A stretch of DNA of 64,000 nt. Origin: an uncultured Bacillales bacterium (GTDB lineage: Bacteria > Bacillota_I > Bacilli_A > RFN20 > CAG-449). Under the pieces are notes generated by a model. The model was not told the origin of the DNA. It saw only the letters and a list, made by a program, of their open reading frames with translations, and did no database searches. The stretch lies in the NCBI GenBank assembly GCA_945873815.1, contig CAMCEE010000002.1:103781-167780 (forward strand), read 5' to 3'. A program made the position numbers and the translations under genes. This document shows positions 59,962 through 64,000 of this stretch, one piece after another (positions within the stretch are counted from its first letter, which is position 1; every line of letters starts with the position of its first letter).

Positions 59962-62586
59962 ATGAAAAGAGTAAATATCCTTATTTACACAATTATATCT
60001 TTTGTTATAGTGGGCGTCCTTTCTGTCGCTTATGTTTTCTACTTGCAAACTTTAGTATTAAGCAAAACTAAATCAAATATTTCAGTTAATGTGACTGAGA
60101 CTTCATCTTATATTGATAGCTATGCGGAAACTCATTTTAAGATATTTGAAAAAGAAGTTAGTGATAATAATATAGGTAATAAGGAATTCATAAATGGATT
60201 TTTAAGAAAATATGGATCTTATGGCTTTGATAAGGTGGGTTATTATAATGATAATACTAATGTCTATTATTATGATTCACTTGTTTCTAAAAAAGAAGGA
60301 AAGTTCGAATTTAAAACATTAAGTAAAGATAAAACATTAAATCAAACGATTTCTCTTATTGAAGAAAGATTTCTTTTTGATAATAATTCTAGAACTGTAA
60401 TGCTCCTATATTGCGTTAATGATGAGGGAAGAAACTTCTTTGCTTTACAAAAATTCTCTTCTTTTATCGATATGCTTGTCAATCCTTATACTAATAATAG
60501 TAATAGTGATACTGTTAAATATTTTGTTTCTACAAGTGATGGATTAATTACTTCTTCTAATTCAGAAGAAAAGAATTTATTAACTATGAATCATTTTTTT
60601 AAGGAAATGACTACAAGGGAAGAATTCAATAATAATATGATTAAGGAGAATTCTATCGTATATGAATTCGACGATTATTCATCTTCATATGTTTCGGGTC
60701 ATAGTATTCTTTCAAAATACAATTCTAATGATTTGTATCTCTATGGCTTGATTCCAACCACATACGTTAATAGCATTAGTAATACCGTGATTATTTCAAC
60801 CTCAATTCTTTTAGCTACTTTAGCATTAATTTTTATCGGATTTGGTATTTATTTGTATGCTTCATATACAATGGCAAGAAAAAAATATATGGTTGAAGGA
60901 ACATTAATTAGAGATGATAGCCACTATTCCATCCTTCTTAATAAACAAGGTAAAATCGTATCTAATAATGCAAAATTTGCTTCATTAGGATTGAAAAAAC
61001 GTGGAATATTTTCATCTTGCATTGATGTTTTAGAATTAAATGGTGGAGATGAAGAATTCATTGATTTATTAGAAAATAGAGGAGATTTTACAATAAAAAT
61101 CAATGATTTAGAGCAAAAAGATAGAACGATTAAATTTATCGTTGTTAAAAAGAAATATGGATATCAATTATTAGGATATGATATTTCCGATGCAGTAATT
61201 GTCCCTTATCATTCTGAAAGAAAAGAAGAAAAGAAAAATGCATTTATACCAAATATCGATGAACTTCATACTTCGATTGATTTGAATTCATTATATAAAG
61301 ATGATTTATTCGACGCTTTGAATAAGAAAGCATTATACATTAGAATTGAAAAAATAATTGAAGAGAAAGCAAGGAATAATCAAAACACCTATTTATTCTA
61401 TTTTGGTCTATCAAATGAAGAGGAAATTGTTCGTACTTATGGTAACGCTATTGAAGAATTAGTAAATGCAAGTATGTTAGATGCGATTACAAAAGAATTT
61501 AATGGAATCGAAGTATACAATATTGATGACCATCATTTCGCTTTCTTTTATGAATTACATGATACTTTCCATTCATTGACTAAGATGATGGAAGATATTG
61601 GTACACGTTTAAAGAAACCAGCAAAGATTTTATCTAACGAAATTGAAATTGAAATTGATTTCGGTATTTATCATTTCGCTTCATTTAATCTTGAAGGAGT
61701 ATCTCCAAAGAAATTGCTTGAAAGAGCTGCTCTTGCGTTTAGACAAGCAATAACTCTTTCGAATAAAACATATAAGATTTACGATAGTAACCTTGAAATT
61801 GCATTCGAACTTGATGATATTATTGCACGTGATATTAGAAATGGTCTTGATAATAATGAATTCGTCACTTATTTCCAACCAAACTATTCTTTAAAAGATG
61901 ATAGAGTATCTGGATTTGAGTGTTTACTTAGATGGAATAATGATAAATATCGTTATGACTCACCATTTAAATATATTCAAGTCGCAGAAAAAGTTGGTCT
62001 TATTAATGAGATTGGTTATTTTACATTAACGGAATCTTTCAAACTTATCAAAGAATTAAATGATCCATACTTGCATATATCTGTTAACGTTTCTCCGGCA
62101 CAATTCTTACAAACTGGTTTCATTTCAAAATTAGTTAGTATGTATACTGAATATGATGTTCCTTATTCATCGATTTGTATAGAAATCACAGAAACTTTCT
62201 TAATTCAATCTATGAATGAAGTAATTGAAAAACTTAAATACTTGCGTTCATTTGGAATTAAAGTTTATCTTGATGATTTTGGTACAGGATATTCTTCACT
62301 ACTATATCTTGCAGAACTTCCAGTTGATGTTATTAAGATTGATAAAGCATTCATCACTCCGCTTAAAACGAGTAAGAGCTCAAGAACTATTGTTTCAGAA
62401 CTTATTCAAATTGCAACTGAATTGAATATGGAGGTAGTTGCAGAAGGTGTTGAAGATGATTATCAAGTCAATTTCCTCGAAAAGAAAAAGTGTATGAATA
62501 TTCAAGGATATTATTTCTCAAAACCTGTTCCTAAAGAACAAGTAAAAGATACTTTAGATATTAAGAGAAAGAAGAAGAAAGAATAG
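59962..62586 (+). CDS. Membrane protein with a large extracytoplasmic domain, a degenerate GGDEF-like region and an intact EAL c-di-GMP phosphodiesterase domain
   Basis: Two TM helices bracket a roughly 250-aa outside domain. EAL motifs present: YFQPNY, ECLLRW, NVSP, DDFGTGYSSL, KIDKAF and EGVEDDYQ. The start codon abuts the SipW2 stop. Confidence 0.75.
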   Translation: MKRVNILIYTIISFVIVGVLSVAYVFYLQTLVLSKTKSNISVNVTETSSYIDSYAETHFKIFEKEVSDNNIGNKEFINGFLRKYGSYGFDKVGYYNDNTNVYYYDSLVSKKEGKFEFKTLSKDKTLNQTISLIEERFLFDNNSRTVMLLYCVNDEGRNFFALQKFSSFIDMLVNPYTNNSNSDTVKYFVSTSDGLITSSNSEEKNLLTMNHFFKEMTTREEFNNNMIKENSIVYEFDDYSSSYVSGHSILSKYNSNDLYLYGLIPTTYVNSISNTVIISTSILLATLALIFIGFGIYLYASYTMARKKYMVEGTLIRDDSHYSILLNKQGKIVSNNAKFASLGLKKRGIFSSCIDVLELNGGDEEFIDLLENRGDFTIKINDLEQKDRTIKFIVVKKKYGYQLLGYDISDAVIVPYHSERKEEKKNAFIPNIDELHTSIDLNSLYKDDLFDALNKKALYIRIEKIIEEKARNNQNTYLFYFGLSNEEEIVRTYGNAIEELVNASMLDAITKEFNGIEVYNIDDHHFAFFYELHDTFHSLTKMMEDIGTRLKKPAKILSNEIEIEIDFGIYHFASFNLEGVSPKKLLERAALAFRQAITLSNKTYKIYDSNLEIAFELDDIIARDIRNGLDNNEFVTYFQPNYSLKDDRVSGFECLLRWNNDKYRYDSPFKYIQVAEKVGLINEIGYFTLTESFKLIKELNDPYLHISVNVSPAQFLQTGFISKLVSMYTEYDVPYSSICIEITETFLIQSMNEVIEKLKYLRSFGIKVYLDDFGTGYSSLLYLAELPVDVIKIDKAFITPLKTSKSSRTIVSELIQIATELNMEVVAEGVEDDYQVNFLEKKKCMNIQGYYFSKPVPKEQVKDTLDIKRKKKKE

Positions 62587-62597
62587 GAGGTAAAGAT

Positions 62598-64000
62598 ATG
62601 TTTATAATGTTAGAAAATCAAACTAGTAATAACGCAGGTAATATTGTTTTTACAGTTCTTATCGTTTTAGTTATTCTTGCATTATCAGGATTACTCGTAT
62701 GGTCCATTATTAGAGAAAGAAAAAGAGTGCAAGAAGAGAAAAATGCTCAAAAGATTAATCTTGGACTAATGACAAGAAGAGAAGCAACTCAACATTTAAA
62801 TGATTTCATTAAAACTTATCGTTTATCAAATGAAGCTACTTGCTTTATTTTCGAACTTAGTAACGTAACAGAATTAATCGATTCATTCGGAAAGAAAAAC
62901 GAGATTTTATTAAGGGAAACTATGATGCAAAATGTTGTTAATTCACTGCCTAAAAATACCATTTTAGCAGAATATAAACCTGAAAATGATTCATATATGA
63001 TTATTCTAAGAGGAATGATTCCTCGTGAACGTATTTTGTCCTTTGCAGATACACTTGCCGATGCGATTGAAAAACCTATTGCAGTTCCTCATTCAGATAT
63101 AGAAACTTCTTATAGTTGTTTTATGGGTATCTCCTTTTATCCTAACCAAGCTATTACTTCTAATGATTTAATTTCCAAAGCAGATATTGCTTTATATATG
63201 AATCACAAGAATCAAGATAAGAGATTTGTTACCTATTCTCCTCAATACAGTCAAGTGGAAGCAGAGAATGTTGCTTATTATAATGAAATCAAGAATGCAA
63301 TTAAGAATAAGGAATTTGCTTTGTATTATCAACCTATTATCGATCATAAAACTAATGAATTAGTTGGTATGGAATCGTTAATTAGATGGGAACATCCTAC
63401 ATTAGGAATATTACCTCCTAAAAAATTCTTAACTATATTAGAAAATTCTGGTGATATCCTTTGGGTTGGTAGTTGGGGAATTAGTACTATTGCATCATTT
63501 TATCATGAACAACGCGAATTATTTAAGAATGATTTTTTCTTTTCAATCAACTTATCAATTAAACAATTATTGAATAATAATATCGTCAGTGAAATGTGTG
63601 AAACATTAAAAAAATATTCAGTTCCAACAACTGCAATATGTATTGAAATTGAAGAATATGCATTATATGAGAAATATGCATCGATTAAAGAAACACTTCA
63701 AGAATTCCAAAAGAAAGGATTTAAAGTTGCGGTTGATCAATTTGGATTAGATTCAAATAATATCATTAAATTAGAAAAGCAAGATTTCTTTATGCTAAAG
63801 ATTTCAAGTCAAGAATACCTTGAAGAAAAAGAATCATTTATCCATCAAAAAATGGCAGAAATGCTTTCGGAAACTTGTGTCGCGAAAGGAACAAAAATTT
63901 GCGCATTAAAAGTTGAAAATAGAGGTGATATGGATTATCTGGAAAGCAAAGGTATTTCTTGGGTTCAAGGGTATTGCATTTCAGAACCAATGGATAAAGA
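62598..64000 (+). CDS. TM-anchored GGDEF-like/EAL-like protein with degenerate catalytic motifs. It is 3'-partial and continues beyond the window.
   Basis: The ORF opens at the ATG at 62598 after the RBS AGGAGG. There is no stop before the window end, so it is absent from the ORF track. The EAL-fold motifs are ALYYQPII, ESLIRWEH and VAVDQFGLDSNN, where DQFGLDSNN replaces DDFGTGYSS. This suggests a non-catalytic receptor. Confidence 0.55.
   Translation, partial: MFIMLENQTSNNAGNIVFTVLIVLVILALSGLLVWSIIRERKRVQEEKNAQKINLGLMTRREATQHLNDFIKTYRLSNEATCFIFELSNVTELIDSFGKKNEILLRETMMQNVVNSLPKNTILAEYKPENDSYMIILRGMIPRERILSFADTLADAIEKPIAVPHSDIETSYSCFMGISFYPNQAITSNDLISKADIALYMNHKNQDKRFVTYSPQYSQVEAENVAYYNEIKNAIKNKEFALYYQPIIDHKTNELVGMESLIRWEHPTLGILPPKKFLTILENSGDILWVGSWGISTIASFYHEQRELFKNDFFFSINLSIKQLLNNNIVSEMCETLKKYSVPTTAICIEIEEYALYEKYASIKETLQEFQKKGFKVAVDQFGLDSNNIIKLEKQDFFMLKISSQEYLEEKESFIHQKMAEMLSETCVAKGTKICALKVENRGDMDYLESKGISWVQGYCISEPMDK

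Noticed and set aside
1-64000. Possible alternative genetic code (UGA=Trp), prompted by the IS1634 element and the Mollicutes-like kinase architecture
   Set aside because: Gene-length ORFs with conserved motifs are recovered throughout under the standard code, with stops mostly TAA and RBS-spaced starts. There is no sign of in-frame TGA inside conserved domains.

Overview
This is a low-GC (~30%) Firmicutes-type chromosomal window using the standard genetic code. I found no rRNA, tRNA or CRISPR arrays.

**Pectin/hexuronate catabolic island (1-22.4 kb).** The window opens inside uxaA. The island then carries a sugar-phosphate-isomerase-like TIM barrel gene and an LplABC-type ABC importer with its MsmX-like ATPase. 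The transporter genes are interleaved with small membrane proteins. Further genes are a GH28 polygalacturonase, a GntR/FadR regulator, uxaC, an SGNH rhamnogalacturonan acetylesterase, a CE8 pectinesterase, eda-kdgK-kduI-kduD and a GH31 glycosidase. A 12-bp palindrome (GTTGTATACAAC) sits in two promoters here and is a likely operator.

**Giant surface lipoprotein (22.5-29.0 kb, minus strand).** A 2181-aa lipoprotein carries many MBG/Flg_new-like repeats and a C-terminal Endonuclease-I domain.

**Housekeeping block (29.3-44.3 kb).** Genes are trmL, rqcH, gmk, priA and a serine-rich M6-like metalloprotease lipoprotein with 81-bp tandem repeats. They are followed by a divergent RsmB-like gene, rlmN, a PP2C phosphatase, a PASTA-less Ser/Thr kinase, rsgA, rpe and rpmB.

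**Insertion sequence (44.3-46.6 kb).** An IS1634-family element (44478..46431) is flanked by perfect 131-bp direct repeats. The duplication includes the last 63 bp of a Sun-family methyltransferase gene.

**48.4-52.8 kb.** Genes are pdp, a sirtuin (cobB) and a 7TMR-DISM sensor with a degenerate GGDEF and an HD-GYP domain.

**c-di-GMP-associated accessory locus (52.9-64 kb).** This is the region most likely to hold something new.
- A candidate c-di-GMP-I riboswitch with a terminator precedes a TapA/TasA/SipW-like secreted-fibre module.
- Next comes an unusual operon: a membrane-anchored McrB-like AAA+ NTPase, a large basic coiled-coil partner, a second SipW paralog and a TM-anchored EAL phosphodiesterase.
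- The window ends in a second, degenerate GGDEF/EAL membrane protein.
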